Shown in pieces: positions 12,497 through 27,600 of a stretch of DNA of 64,000 bases; position 1 is the stretch's first letter; each line of letters opens with the position of its first letter. This stretch comes from Auanema rhodensis (lineage: Eukaryota > Animalia > Nematoda). The stretch lies in assembly GCA_964057225.1 (NCBI GenBank), contig OZ059897.1:22134001-22198000 (forward strand), read 5' to 3'. A program made the translations under genes and the position numbers. The notes below the pieces were generated by a model. The model made no database searches. It saw only the letters and a list, made by a program, of their open reading frames with translations, and was not told where the DNA came from.

Positions 12497-15400
12497 GACT
12501 TTGAAATTTACGTGAACTTTAATTTATGCTAATTAAATGTACACGTGATGTGCACTTGGTATGTAACTCGCTTCACGTGAAAGATAAAGAGATGCGGTTT
12601 TCAAAATTAGATTCCCCATGTCCATATTAGTCTAAAAACAAATTTTTATTGATATTGCTTCATGGTAACCATGACTTTGAAATTTACGTGAACTTTAATT
12701 TATGCTAATTAAATGTACACGTGATGTGCACTTGGTATGTAACTCGCTTCACGTGAAAGATAAAGAGATGCGGTTTTCAAAATTAGATTCCCCATGTCCA
12801 TATTAGTCTAAAAACAAATTTTTATTGATATTGGTAAATGGTAACCATGACTTTGAAATTTACGTGAACTTTAATTTATGCTAATTAAATGTACACGTGA
12901 TGTGCACTTGGTATGTAACTCGCTTCACGTGAAAGATGAAGAGATGCGGTTTTCAAAATTAGATTCCTCATGTCCATATTAGTCTAAAAACAAATTTTTA
13001 TTGATATTGGTTCATGGTAACCATGACTTTGAAATTTACGTGAACTTTAATTTATGCTAATTAAATGTACACGTGATGTGCACTTGGTATGTAACTCGGT
13101 TCACGTGAAAGATAAAGAGATGCGGTTTTCAAAATTAGATTCCCCATGTCCATATTAGTCTATAAACAAATTTTTATTGATATTGGTTCATGGTAACCAT
13201 GACTTTGAAATTTACGTGAACTTTAATTTATGCTAATTAAATGTACACGTGATGTGCACTTGGTATGTAACTCGCTTCACGTGAAAGATAAAGAGATGCG
13301 GTTTTCAAAATTAGATTCCCCATGTCCATATTAGTCTAAAAACAAATTTTTATTGATATTGGTAAATGGTAACCATGACTTTGAAATTTACGTGAACTTT
13401 AATTTATGCTAATTAAATGTACACGTGATGTGCACTTGGTATGTAACTCGCTTCACGTGAAAGATGAAGAGATGCGGTTTTCAAAATTAGATTCCTCATG
13501 TCCATATTAGTCTAAAAACAAATTTTAATTGATATTGGTTCATGGTAACCATGACTTTGAAATTTACGTGAACTTTAATTTATGCTAATTAAATGTACAC
13601 GTGATGTGCACTTGGTATGTAACTCGCTTCACGTGAAAGATAAAGAGATGCGGTTTTCAAAATTAGATTCCCCATGTCCATATTAGTCTAAAAACAAATT
13701 TTTATTGATATTGGTACATGGTAACCATGACTTTGAAATTTACGTGAACTTTAATTTATGCTAATTAAATGTACACGTGATGTGCACTTGGTATGTAACT
13801 CGCTTCACGTGAAAGATAAAGAGATGCGGTTTTCAAAATTAGATTCCCCATGTCCATATTAGTCTAAAAACAAATTTTTATTGATATTGGTACATGGTAA
13901 CCATGACTTTGAAATTTACGTGAACTTTAATTTATGCTAATTAAATGTACACGTGATGTGCACTTGGTATGTAACTCGGTTCACGTGAAAGATAAAGAGA
14001 TGCGGTTTTCAAAATTAGATTCCCCATGTCCATATTAGTCTATAAACAAATTTTTATTGATATTGGTTCATGGTAACCATGACTTTGAAATTTACGTGAA
14101 CTTTAATTTATGCTAATTAAATGTACACGTGATGTGCACTTGGTATGTAACTCGCTTCACGTGAAAGATAAAGAGATGCGGTTTTCAAAATTAGATTCCC
14201 CATGTCCATATTAGTCTAAAAACAAATTTTTATTGATATTGGTAAATGGTAACCATGACTTTGAAATTTACGTGAACTTTAATTTATGCTAATTAAATGT
14301 ACACGTGATGTGCACTTGGTATGTAACTCGCTTCACGTGAAAGATGAAGAGATGCGGTTTTCAAAATTAGATTCCTCATGTCCATATTAGTCTAAAAACA
14401 AATTTTTATTGATATTGGTTCATGGTAACCATGACTTTGAAATTTACGTGAACTTTAATTTATGCTAATTAAATGTACACGTGATGTGCACTTGGTATGT
14501 AACTCGCTTCACGTGAAAGATAAAGAGATGCGGTTTTCAAAATTAGATTCCCCATGTCCATATTAGTCTAAAAACAAATTTTTATTGATATTGGTACATG
14601 GTAACCATGACTTTGAAATTTACGTGAACTTTAATTTATGCTAATTAAATGTACACGTGATGTGCACTTGGTATGTAACTCGCTTCACGTGAAAGATAAA
14701 GAGATGCGGTTTTCAAAATTAGATTCCCCATGTCCATATTAGTCTAAAAACAAATTTTTATTGATATTGGTACATGGTAACCATGACTTTGAAATTTACG
14801 TGAACTTTAATTTATGCTAATTAAATGTACACGTGATGTGCACTTGGTATGTAACTCGCTTCACGTGAAAGATAAAGAGATGCGGTTTTCAAAATTAGAT
14901 TCCCCATGTCCATATTAGTCTAAAAACAAATTTTTATTGATATTGGTTCATGGTAACCATGACTTTGAAATTTACGTGAACTTTAATTTATGCTAATTAA
15001 ATGTACACGTGATGTGCACTTGGTATGTAACTCGCTTCACGTGAAAGATAAAGAGATGCGGTTTTCAAAATTAGATTCCCCATGTCCATATTAGTCTAAA
15101 AACAAATTTTTATTGAAATTGGTGCATGGTAACCATGACTTTGAAATTTACGTGAACTTTAATTTATGCTAATTAAATGTACACGTGATGTGCACTTGGT
15201 ATGTAACTCGCTTCACGTGAAAGATAAAGAGATGCGGTTTTCAAAATTAGATTCCCCATGTCCATATTAGTCTAAAAACAAATTTTTATTGATATTGGTA
15301 CATGGTAACCATGACTTTGAAATTTACGTGAACTTTAATTTATGCTAATTAAATGTACACGTGATGTGCACTTGGTATGTAACTCGCTTCACGTGAAAGA

Positions 15401-18400
15401 TAAAGAGATGCGGTTTTCAAAATTAGATTCCCCATGTCCATATTAGTCTAAAAACAAATTTTTATTGATATTGGTTCATGGTAACCATGACTTTGAAATT
15501 TACGTGAACTTTAATTTATGCTAATTAAATGTACACGTGATGTGCACTTGGTATGTAACTCGCTTCACGTGAAAGATAAAGAGATGCGGTTTTCAAAATT
15601 AGATTCCCCATGTCCATATTAGTCTAAAAACAAATTTTTATTGAAATTGGTGCATGGTAACCATGACTTTGAAATTTACGTGAACTTTAATTTATGCTAA
15701 TTAAATGTACACGTGATGTGCACTTGGTATGTAACTCGCTTCACGTGAAAGATAAAGAGATGCGGTTTTCAAAATTAGATTCCCCATGTCCATATTAGTC
15801 TAAAAACAAATTTTTATTGATATTGGTTCATGGTAACCATGACTTTGAAATTTACGTGAACTTTAATTTATGCTAATTAAATGTACACGTGATGTGCACT
15901 TGGTATGTAACTCGCTTCACGTGAAAGATAAAGAGATGCGGTTTTCAAAATTAGATTCCCCATGTCCATATTAGTCTAAAAACAAATTTTTATTGATATT
16001 GGTAAATGGTAACCATGACTTTGAAATTTACGTGAACTTTAATTTATGCTAATTAAATGTACACGTGATGTGCACTTGGTATGTAACTCGCTTCACGTGA
16101 AAGATGAAGAGATGCGGTTTTCAAAATTAGATTCCTCATGTCCATATTAGTCTAAAAACAAATTTTAATTGATATTGGTTCATGGTAACCATGACTTTGA
16201 AATTTACGTGAACTTTAATTTATGCTAATTAAATGTACACGTGATGTGCACTTGGTATGTAACTCGCTTCACGTGAAAGATAAAGAGATGCGGTTTTCAA
16301 AATTAGATTCCCCATGTCCATATTAGTCTAAAAACAAATTTTTATTGATATTGGTACATGGTAACCATGACTTTGAAATTTACGTGAACTTTAATTTATG
16401 CTAATTAAATGTACACGTGATGTGCACTTGGTATGTAACTCGCTTCACGTGAAAGATAAAGAGATGCGGTTTTCAAAATTAGATTCCCCATGTCCATATT
16501 AGTCTAAAAACAAATTTTTATTGATATTGCTTCATGGTAACCATGACTTTGAAATTTACGTGAACTTTAATTTATGCTAATTAAATGTACACGTGATGTG
16601 CACTTGGTATGTAACTCGCTTCACGTGAAAGATAAAGAGATGCGGTTTTCAAAATTAGATTCCCCATGTCCATATTAGTCTAAAAACAAATTTTTATTGA
16701 TATTGGTAAATGGTAACCATGACTTTGAAATTTACGTGAACTTTAATTTATGCTAATTAAATGTACACGTGATGTGCACTTGGTATGTAACTCGCTTCAC
16801 GTGAAAGATGAAGAGATGCGGTTTTCAAAATTAGATTCCTCATGTCCATATTAGTCTAAAAACAAATTTTTATTGATATTGGTTCATGGTAACCATGACT
16901 TTGAAATTTACGTGAACTTTAATTTATGCTAATTAAATGTACACGTGATGTGCACTTGGTATGTAACTCGGTTCACGTGAAAGATAAAGAGATGCGGTTT
17001 TCAAAATTAGATTCCCCATGTCCATATTAGTCTATAAACAAATTTTTATTGATATTGGTTCATGGTAACCATGACTTTGAAATTTACGTGAACTTTAATT
17101 TATGCTAATTAAATGTACACGTGATGTGCACTTGGTATGTAACTCGCTTCACGTGAAAGATAAAGAGATGCGGTTTTCAAAATTAGATTCCCCATGTCCA
17201 TATTAGTCTAAAAACAAATTTTTATTGATATTGGTAAATGGTAACCATGACTTTGAAATTTACGTGAACTTTAATTTATGCTAATTAAATGTACACGTGA
17301 TGTGCACTTGGTATGTAACTCGCTTCACGTGAAAGATGAAGAGATGCGGTTTTCAAAATTAGATTCCTCATGTCCATATTAGTCTAAAAACAAATTTTAA
17401 TTGATATTGGTTCATGGTAACCATGACTTTGAAATTTACGTGAACTTTAATTTATGCTAATTAAATGTACACGTGATGTGCACTTGGTATGTAACTCGCT
17501 TCACGTGAAAGATAAAGAGATGCGGTTTTCAAAATTAGATTCCCCATGTCCATATTAGTCTAAAAACAAATTTTTATTGATATTGGTACATGGTAACCAT
17601 GACTTTGAAATTTACGTGAACTTTAATTTATGCTAATTAAATGTACACGTGATGTGCACTTGGTATGTAACTCGCTTCACGTGAAAGATAAAGAGATGCG
17701 GTTTTCAAAATTAGATTCCCCATGTCCATATTAGTCTAAAAACAAATTTTTATTGATATTGGTACATGGTAACCATGACTTTGAAATTTACGTGAACTTT
17801 AATTTATGCTAATTAAATGTACACGTGATGTGCACTTGGTATGTAACTCGGTTCACGTGAAAGATAAAGAGATGCGGTTTTCAAAATTAGATTCCCCATG
17901 TCCATATTAGTCTATAAACAAATTTTTATTGATATTGGTTCATGGTAACCATGACTTTGAAATTTACGTGAACTTTAATTTATGCTAATTAAATGTACAC
18001 GTGATGTGCACTTGGTATGTAACTCGCTTCACGTGAAAGATAAAGAGATGCGGTTTTCAAAATTAGATTCCCCATGTCCATATTAGTCTAAAAACAAATT
18101 TTTATTGATATTGGTAAATGGTAACCATGACTTTGAAATTTACGTGAACTTTAATTTATGCTAATTAAATGTACACGTGATGTGCACTTGGTATGTAACT
18201 CGCTTCACGTGAAAGATGAAGAGATGCGGTTTTCAAAATTAGATTCCTCATGTCCATATTAGTCTAAAAACAAATTTTTATTGATATTGGTTCATGGTAA
18301 CCATGACTTTGAAATTTACGTGAACTTTAATTTATGCTAATTAAATGTACACGTGATGTGCACTTGGTATGTAACTCGCTTCACGTGAAAGATAAAGAGA

Positions 18401-18480
18401 TGCGGTTTTCAAAATTAGATTCCCCATGTCCATATTAGTCTAAAAACAAATTTTTATTGATATTGGTACATGGTAACCAT
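12497..18480. repeat. Variant subdomain with a 12-monomer block repeated at a 22-monomer (3872-bp) offset (12497-14608 and 16369-18480) and an internal ~5-mer repeat
   Basis: The alleles GGTAAATG, GGTACATG, ATTCCTCATG, TCGGTT+TATAAAC and TTTTAATT recur in the same order and are concentrated in this zone. Confidence 0.8.
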
Positions 18481-18656
18481 GACTTTGAAATTTACGTGAA
18501 CTTTAATTTATGCTAATTAAATGTACACGTGATGTGCACTTGGTATGTAACTCGCTTCACGTGAAAGATAAAGAGATGCGGTTTTCAAAATTAGATTCCC
18601 CATGTCCATATTAGTCTAAAAACAAATTTTTATTGATATTGGTTCATGGTAACCAT

Positions 18657-21600
18657 GACTTTGAAATTTACGTGAACTTTAATTTATGCTAATTAAATGT
18701 ACACGTGATGTGCACTTGGTATGTAACTCGCTTCACGTGAAAGATAAAGAGATGCGGTTTTCAAAATTAGATTCCCCATGTCCATATTAGTCTAAAAACA
18801 AATTTTTATTGATATTGGTTCATGGTAACCATGACTTTGAAATTTACGTGAACTTTAATTTATGCTAATTAAATGTACACGTGATGTGCACTTGGTATGT
18901 AACTCGCTTCACGTGAAAGATAAAGAGATGCGGTTTTCAAAATTAGATTCCCCATGTCCATATTAGTCTAAAAACAAATTTTTATTGATATTGGTTCATG
19001 GTAACCATGACTTTGAAATTTACGTGAACTTTAATTAATGCTAATTAAATGTACACGTGATGTGCACTTGGTATGTAACTCGCTTCACGTGAAAGATAAA
19101 GAGATGCGGTTTTCAAAATTAGATTCCCCATGTCCATATTAGTCTAAAAACAAATTTTTATTGATATTGCTTCATGGTAACCATGACTTTGAAATTTACG
19201 TGAACTTTAATTTATGCTAATTAAATGTACACGTGATGTGCACTTGGTATGTAACTCGCTTCACGTGAAAGATAAAGAGATGCGGTTTTCAAAATTAGAT
19301 TCCCCATGTCCATATTAGTCTCAACACAAATTTTTATTGATATTGCTTCATGGTAACCATGACTTTGAAATTTACGTGAACTTTAATTTATGCTAATTAA
19401 ATGTACACGTGATGTGCACTTGGTATGTAACTCGCTTCACGTGAAAGATAAAGAGATGCGGTTTGCAAAATTAGATTCCCCATGTCCATATTAGTCTAAA
19501 AACAAATTTTTATTGATATTGCTTCATGGTAACCATGACTTTGAAATTTACGTGAACTTTAATTTATGCTAATTAAATGTACACGTGATGTGGACTTGGT
19601 ATGTAACTCGCTTCACGTGAAAGATAAAGAGATGCGGTTTTCAAAATTAGATTCCCCATGTCCATATTAGTCTAAAAACAAATTTTTATTGATATTGCTT
19701 CATGGTAACCATGACTTTGAAATTTACGTGAACTTTAATTTATGCTAATTAAAAGTACACGTGATGTGCACTTGGTATGTAACTCGCTCCACGTGAAAGA
19801 TAAAGAGATGCGGTTTTCAAAATTAGATTCCCCATGTCCATATTAGTCTAAAAACAAATTTTTATTGATATTTATGCATGGTAACCATGACTTTGAAATT
19901 TACGTGAACTTTAATTTATGCTAATTAAATGTACACGTGATGTGCACTTGGTATGTAACTCGCTTCACGTGGAAGATGAAGAGATGCGGTTTTCAAAATT
20001 AGATTCCCCATTTCCATATTAGTCTAAAAACAAATTTTCATTGATATTGGTTCATGGTAACCATGACTTTGAAATTTACGTGAACTTTAATTTATGCTAA
20101 TTAAATGTACACGTGATGTGCACTTGGTATGTAACTCGCTTCACGTGAAAGATAAAGAGATGCGGTTTTCAAAATTAGATTCCCCATGTCCATATTAGTC
20201 TAAAAACAAATTTTTATTGATATTGGTTCATGGTAACCATGACTTTGAAATTTACGTGAACTTTAATTTATGCTAATTAAATGTACACGTGATGTGCACT
20301 TGGTATGTAACTCGCTTCACGTGAAAGATAAAGAGATGCGGTTTTCAAAATTAGATTCCCCATGTCCATATTAGTCTAAAAACAAATTTTTATTGATATT
20401 GGTTCATGGTAACCATGACTTTGAAATTTACGTGAACTTTAATTAATGCTAATTAAATGTACACGTGATGTGCACTTGGTATGTAACTCGCTTCACGTGA
20501 AAGATAAAGAGATGCGGTTTTCAAAATTAGATTCCCCATGTCCATATTAGTCTAAAAACAAATTTTTATTGATATTGCTTCATGGTAACCATGACTTTGA
20601 AATTTACGTGAACTTTAATTTATGCTAATTAAATGTACACGTGATGTGCACTTGGTATGTAACTCGCTTCACGTGAAAGATAAAGAGATGCGGTTTTCAA
20701 AATTAGATTCCCCATGTCCATATTAGTCTCAACACAAATTTTTATTGATATTGCTTCATGGTAACCATGACTTTGAAATTTACGTGAACTTTAATTTATG
20801 CTAATTAAATGTACACGTGATGTGCACTTGGTATGTAACTCGCTTCACGTGAAAGATAAAGAGATGCGGTTTGCAAAATTAGATTCCCCATGTCCATATT
20901 AGTCTAAAAACAAATTTTTATTGATATTGCTTCATGGTAACCATGACTTTGAAATTTACGTGAACTTTAATTTATGCTAATTAAATGTACACGTGATGTG
21001 GACTTGGTATGTAACTCGCTTCACGTGAAAGATAAAGAGATGCGGTTTTCAAAATTAGATTCCCCATGTCCATATTAGTCTAAAAACAAATTTTTATTGA
21101 TATTGCTTCATGGTAACCATGACTTTGAAATTTACGTGAACTTTAATTTATGCTAATTAAAAGTACACGTGATGTGCACTTGGTATGTAACTCGCTCCAC
21201 GTGAAAGATAAAGAGATGCGGTTTTCAAAATTAGATTCCCCATGTCCATATTAGTCTAAAAACAAATTTTTATTGATATTTATGCATGGTAACCATGACT
21301 TTGAAATTTACGTGAACTTTAATTTATGCTAATTAAATGTACACGTGATGTGCACTTGGTATGTAACTCGCTTCACGTGGAAGATGAAGAGATGCGGTTT
21401 TCAAAATTAGATTCCCCATTTCCATATTAGTCTAAAAACAAATTTTCATTGATATTGGTTCATGGTAACCATGACTTTGAAATTTACGTGAACTTTAATT
21501 TATGCTAATTAAATGTACACGTGATGTGCACTTGGTATGTAACTCGCTTCACGTGAAAGATAAAGAGATGCGGTTTTCAAAATTAAATTCCCCATGTCCA

Positions 21601-24600
21601 TATTAGTCTAAAAACAAATTTTTATTGATATTGGTGCATGGTAACCATGACTTTGAAATTTACGTGAACTTTAATTTATGCTAATTAAATGTACACGTGA
21701 TGTGCACTTGGTATGTAACTCGCTTCACGTGAAAGATAAAGAGATGCGGTTTTTAAAATTAGATTCCCCATGTCCATATTAGTCTAAAAACAAATTTTTA
21801 TTGATATTGGTTCATGGTAACCATGACTTTGAAATTTACGTGAACTTTAATTTATGCTAATTAAATGTACACGTGATGTGCACTTGGTATGTTACTCGCT
21901 TCACGTGAAAGATAAAAAGATGCGGTTTTCAAAATTAGATTCCCCATGTCCATATTAGTCTAAAAACAAATTTTTATTGATATTGGTTCATGGTAACCAT
22001 GACTTTGAAATTTACGTGAACTTTAATTTATGCTAATTAAATGTACACGTGATGTGCACTTGGTATGTAACTCGCTTCACGTGAAAGATAAAGAGATGCG
22101 ATTTTCAAAATTAGATTCCCCATGTCCATATTAGTCTAAAAACAAATTTTTATTGATATTGGTTCATGGTAACCATGACTTTGAATTTTACGTGAACTTT
22201 AATTTATGCTAATTAAATGTACACGTGATGTGCAGTTGGTATGTAACTCGCTTCACGTGAAAGATAAAGAGATGCGGTTTTCAAAATTAGATTCCTCATG
22301 TCCATATTAGTCTAAAAACAAATTTTTATTGATATTGGTTCATGGTAACCATGACTTTGAAATTTACGTGAACTTTAATTTATGCTAATTAAATGTACAC
22401 GTGATGTGCACTTGGTATGTAACTCGCTTCACGTGAAAGATAAAGAGATGCGGTTTTCAAAATTAGATTCCCCATGTCCATATTAGTCTAAAAACAAATT
22501 TTTATTGATATTGGTACATGGTAACCATGACTTTGAAATTTACGTGAACTTTAATTTATGCTAATTAAATGTACACGTGATGTGCACTTGGTATGTAACT
22601 CGCTTCACGTGAAAGATAAAGAGATGCGGTTTTCAAAATTAGATTCCCCATGTCCATATTAGTCTAAAAACAAATTTTTATTGATATTGGTTCATGGTAA
22701 CCATGACTTTGAAATTTACGTGAACTTTAATTTATGCTAATTAAATGTACACGTGATGTGCACTTGGTATGTAACTCGCTTCACGTGAAAGATAAAGAGA
22801 TGCGGTTTTCAAAATTAGATTCCCCATGTCCATATTAGTCTAAAAACAAATTTTTATTGATATTGGTTCATGGTAACCATGACTTTGAAATTTACGTGAA
22901 CTTTAATTTATGCTAATTAAATGTACACGTGATGTGCACTTGGTATGTAACTCGCTTCACGTGAAAGATAAAGAGATGCGGTTTTCAAAATTAGATTCCC
23001 CATGTCCATATTAGTCTAAAAACAAATTTTTATTGATATTGGTTCATGGTAACCATGACTTTGAAATTTACGTGAACTTTAATTAATGCTAATTAAATGT
23101 ACACGTGATGTGCACTTGGTATGTAACTCGCTTCACGTGAAAGATAAAGAGATGCGGTTTTCAAAATTAGATTCCCCATGTCCATATTAGTCTAAAAACA
23201 AATTTTTATTGATATTGCTTCATGGTAACCATGACTTTGAAATTTACGTGAACTTTAATTTATGCTAATTAAATGTACACGTGATGTGCACTTGGTATGT
23301 AACTCGCTTCACGTGAAAGATAAAGAGATGCGGTTTTCAAAATTAGATTCCCCATGTCCATATTAGTCTCAACACAAATTTTTATTGATATTGCTTCATG
23401 GTAACCATGACTTTGAAATTTACGTGAACTTTAATTTATGCTAATTAAATGTACACGTGATGTGCACTTGGTATGTAACTCGCTTCACGTGAAAGATAAA
23501 GAGATGCGGTTTGCAAAATTAGATTCCCCATGTCCATATTAGTCTAAAAACAAATTTTTATTGATATTGCTTCATGGTAACCATGACTTTGAAATTTACG
23601 TGAACTTTAATTTATGCTAATTAAATGTACACGTGATGTGGACTTGGTATGTAACTCGCTTCACGTGAAAGATAAAGAGATGCGGTTTTCAAAATTAGAT
23701 TCCCCATGTCCATATTAGTCTAAAAACAAATTTTTATTGATATTGCTTCATGGTAACCATGACTTTGAAATTTACGTGAACTTTAATTTATGCTAATTAA
23801 AAGTACACGTGATGTGCACTTGGTATGTAACTCGCTCCACGTGAAAGATAAAGAGATGCGGTTTTCAAAATTAGATTCCCCATGTCCATATTAGTCTAAA
23901 AACAAATTTTTATTGATATTTATGCATGGTAACCATGACTTTGAAATTTACGTGAACTTTAATTTATGCTAATTAAATGTACACGTGATGTGCACTTGGT
24001 ATGTAACTCGCTTCACGTGGAAGATGAAGAGATGCGGTTTTCAAAATTAGATTCCCCATTTCCATATTAGTCTAAAAACAAATTTTCATTGATATTGGTT
24101 CATGGTAACCATGACTTTGAAATTTACGTGAACTTTAATTTATGCTAATTAAATGTACACGTGATGTGCACTTGGTATGTAACTCGCTTCACGTGAAAGA
24201 TAAAGAGATGCGGTTTTCAAAATTAAATTCCCCATGTCCATATTAGTCTAAAAACAAATTTTTATTGATATTGGTGCATGGTAACCATGACTTTGAAATT
24301 TACGAGAACTTTAATTTATGCTAATTAAATGTACACGTGATGTGCACTTGGTATGTAACTCGCTTCACGTGAAAGATAAAGAGATGCGGTTTTTAAAATT
24401 AGATTCCCCATGTCCATATTAGTCTAAAAACAAATTTTTATTGATATTGGTTCATGGTAACCATGACTTTGAAATTTACGTGAACTTTAATTTATGCTAA
24501 TTAAATGTACACGTGATGTGCACTTGGTATGTTACTCGCTTCACGTGAAAGATAAAAAGATGCGGTTTTCAAAATTAGATTCCCCATGTCCATATTAGTC

Positions 24601-27600
24601 TAAAAACAAATTTTTATTGATATTGGTTCATGGTAACCATGACTTTGAAATTTACGTGAACTTTAATTTATGCTAATTAAATGTACACGTGATGTGCACT
24701 TGGTATGTAACTCGCTTCACGTGAAAGATAAAGAGATGCGATTTTCAAAATTAGATTCCCCATGTCCATATTAGTCTAAAAACAAATTTTTATTGATATT
24801 GGTTCATGGTAACCATGACTTTGAATTTTACGTGAACTTTAATTTATGCTAATTAAATGTACACGTGATGTGCAGTTGGTATGTAACTCGCTTCACGTGA
24901 AAGATAAAGAGATGCGGATTCCAAAATTAGATTCCTCATGTCCATATTAGTCTAAAAACAAATTTTTATTGATATTGGTTCATGGTAACCATGACTTTGA
25001 AATTTACGTGAACTTTAATTAATGCTAATTAAATGTACACGTGATGTGCACTTGGTATGTAACTCGCTTCACGTGAAAGATAAAGAGATGCGGTTTTCAA
25101 AATTAGATTCCCCATGTCCATATTAGTCTAAAAACAAATTTTTATTGATATTGCTTCATGGTAACCATGACTTTGAAATTTACGTGAACTTTAATTTATG
25201 CTAATTAAATGTACACGTGATGTGCACTTGGTATGTAACTCGCTTCACGTGAAAGATAAAGAGATGCGGTTTTCAAAATTAGATTCCCCATGTCCATATT
25301 AGTCTAAAAACAAATTTTTATTGATATTGGTTCATGGTAACCATGACTTTGAAATTTACGTGAACTTTAATTAATGCTAATTAAATGTACGCGTGATGTG
25401 CACTTGGTATGTAACTCGCTTCACGTGAAAGATAAAGAGATGCGGTTTTCAAAATTAGATTCCCCATGTCCATATTAGTCTAAAAACAAATTTTTATTGA
25501 TATTGCTTCATGGTAACCATGACTTTGAAATTTACGTGAACTTTAATTAATGCTAATTAAATGTACACGTGATGTGCACTTGGTATGTAACTCGCTTCAC
25601 GTGAAAGATAAAGAGATGCGGTTTTCAAAATTAGATTCCCCATGTCCATATTAGTCTAAGAACAAATTTTTATTGATATTGGTTCATGGTAACCATGACT
25701 TTGAAATTTACGTGAACTTTAATTTATGCTAATTAAATGTACACGTGATGTGCACTTGGTATGTAACTCGCTTCACGTGAAAGATAAAGAGATGCGGTTT
25801 TCAAAATTAGATTCCCCATGTCCATATTAGTCTAAAAACAAATTTTTATTGATATTGGTTCATGGTAACCATGACTTTGAATTTTACATGAACTTTAATT
25901 TATGCTAATTAAATGTACACGTGATGTGCACTTGGTATGTAACTCGCTTCACGTGAAAGATAAAGAAATGCGGTTTTCAAAATTAGATTCCCCATGTCCA
26001 TATTAGTCTAAAAACAAATTTTTATTGATATTGGTGCATGGTAACCATGACTTTGAAATTTACGTGAACTTTAATTTATGCTAATTAAATGTACGCGTGA
26101 TGTGCACTTGGTATGTAACTCGCTTCACGTGAAAGATAAAGAGATGCGGTTTTCAAAATTAGATTCCCCATGTCCATATTAGTCTAAAAACAAATTTTTT
26201 TTGATATTGGTTCATGGTAACCATGACTTTGAAATTTACGTGAACTTTAATTTATGCTAATTAAATGTACACGTGATGTGCACTTGGTATGTAACTCGCT
26301 TCACGTGAAAGATAAAGAGATGCGGTTTTCAAAATTAGATTCCCCATGTCCATATTAGTCTAAAAACAAATTTTTATTGATATTGGTGCATGGTAACCAT
26401 GACTTTGAAATTTACGTGAACTTTAATTTATGCTAATTAAATGTACGCGTGATGTGCACTTGGTATGTAACTCGCTTCACGTGAAAGATAAAGAGATGCG
26501 GTTTTCAAAATTAGATTCCCCATGTCCATATTAGTCTAAAAACAAATTTTTTTTGATATTGGTGCATGGTAACCATGACTTTGAAATTTACGTGAACTTT
26601 AATTTATGCTAATTAAATGTACACGTGATGTGCACTTGGTATGTAACTCGCTTCACGTGAAAGATAAAGAGATGCGGTTTTCAAAATTAGATTCCCCATG
26701 TCCATATTAGTCTAAAAACAAATTTTTATTGATATTGGTGCATGGTAACCATGACTTTGAAATTTACGTGAACTTTAATTTATGCTAATTAAATGTACAC
26801 GTGATGTGCACTTGGTATGTAACTCGCTTCACGTGAAAGATAAAGAGATGCGGTTTTCAAAATTAGATTCCCCATGTCCATATTAGTCTAAAAACAAATT
26901 TTTATTGATATTGGTTCATGGTAACCATGACTTTGAAATTTACGTGAACTTTAATTTATGCTAATTAAATGTACACGTGATGTGCACTTGGTATGTAACT
27001 CGCTTCACGTGAAAGATAAAGAGATGCGGTTTTCAAAATTAGATTCCCCATGTCCATATTAGTCTAAAAACAAATTTTTATTGATATTGGTTCATGGTAA
27101 CCATGACTTTGAAATTTACGTGAACTTTAATTAATGCTAATTAAATGTACACGTGATGTGCACTTGGTATGTAACTCGCTTCACGTGAAAGATAAAGAGA
27201 TGCGGTTTTCAAAATTAGATTCCCCATGTCCATATTAGTCTAAAAACAAATTTTTATTGATATTGCTTCATGGTAACCATGACTTTGAAATTTACGTGAA
27301 CTTTAATTTATGCTAATTAAATGTACACGTGATGTGCACTTGGTATGTAACTCGCTTCACGTGAAAGATAAAGAGATGCGGTTTTCAAAATTAGATTCCC
27401 CATGTCCATATTAGTCTCAACACAAATTTTTATTGATATTGCTTCATGGTAACCATGACTTTGAAATTTACGTGAACTTTAATTTATGCTAATTAAATGT
27501 ACACGTGATGTGCACTTGGTATGTAACTCGCTTCACGTGAAAGATAAAGAGATGCGGTTTGCAAAATTAGATTCCCCATGTCCATATTAGTCTAAAAACA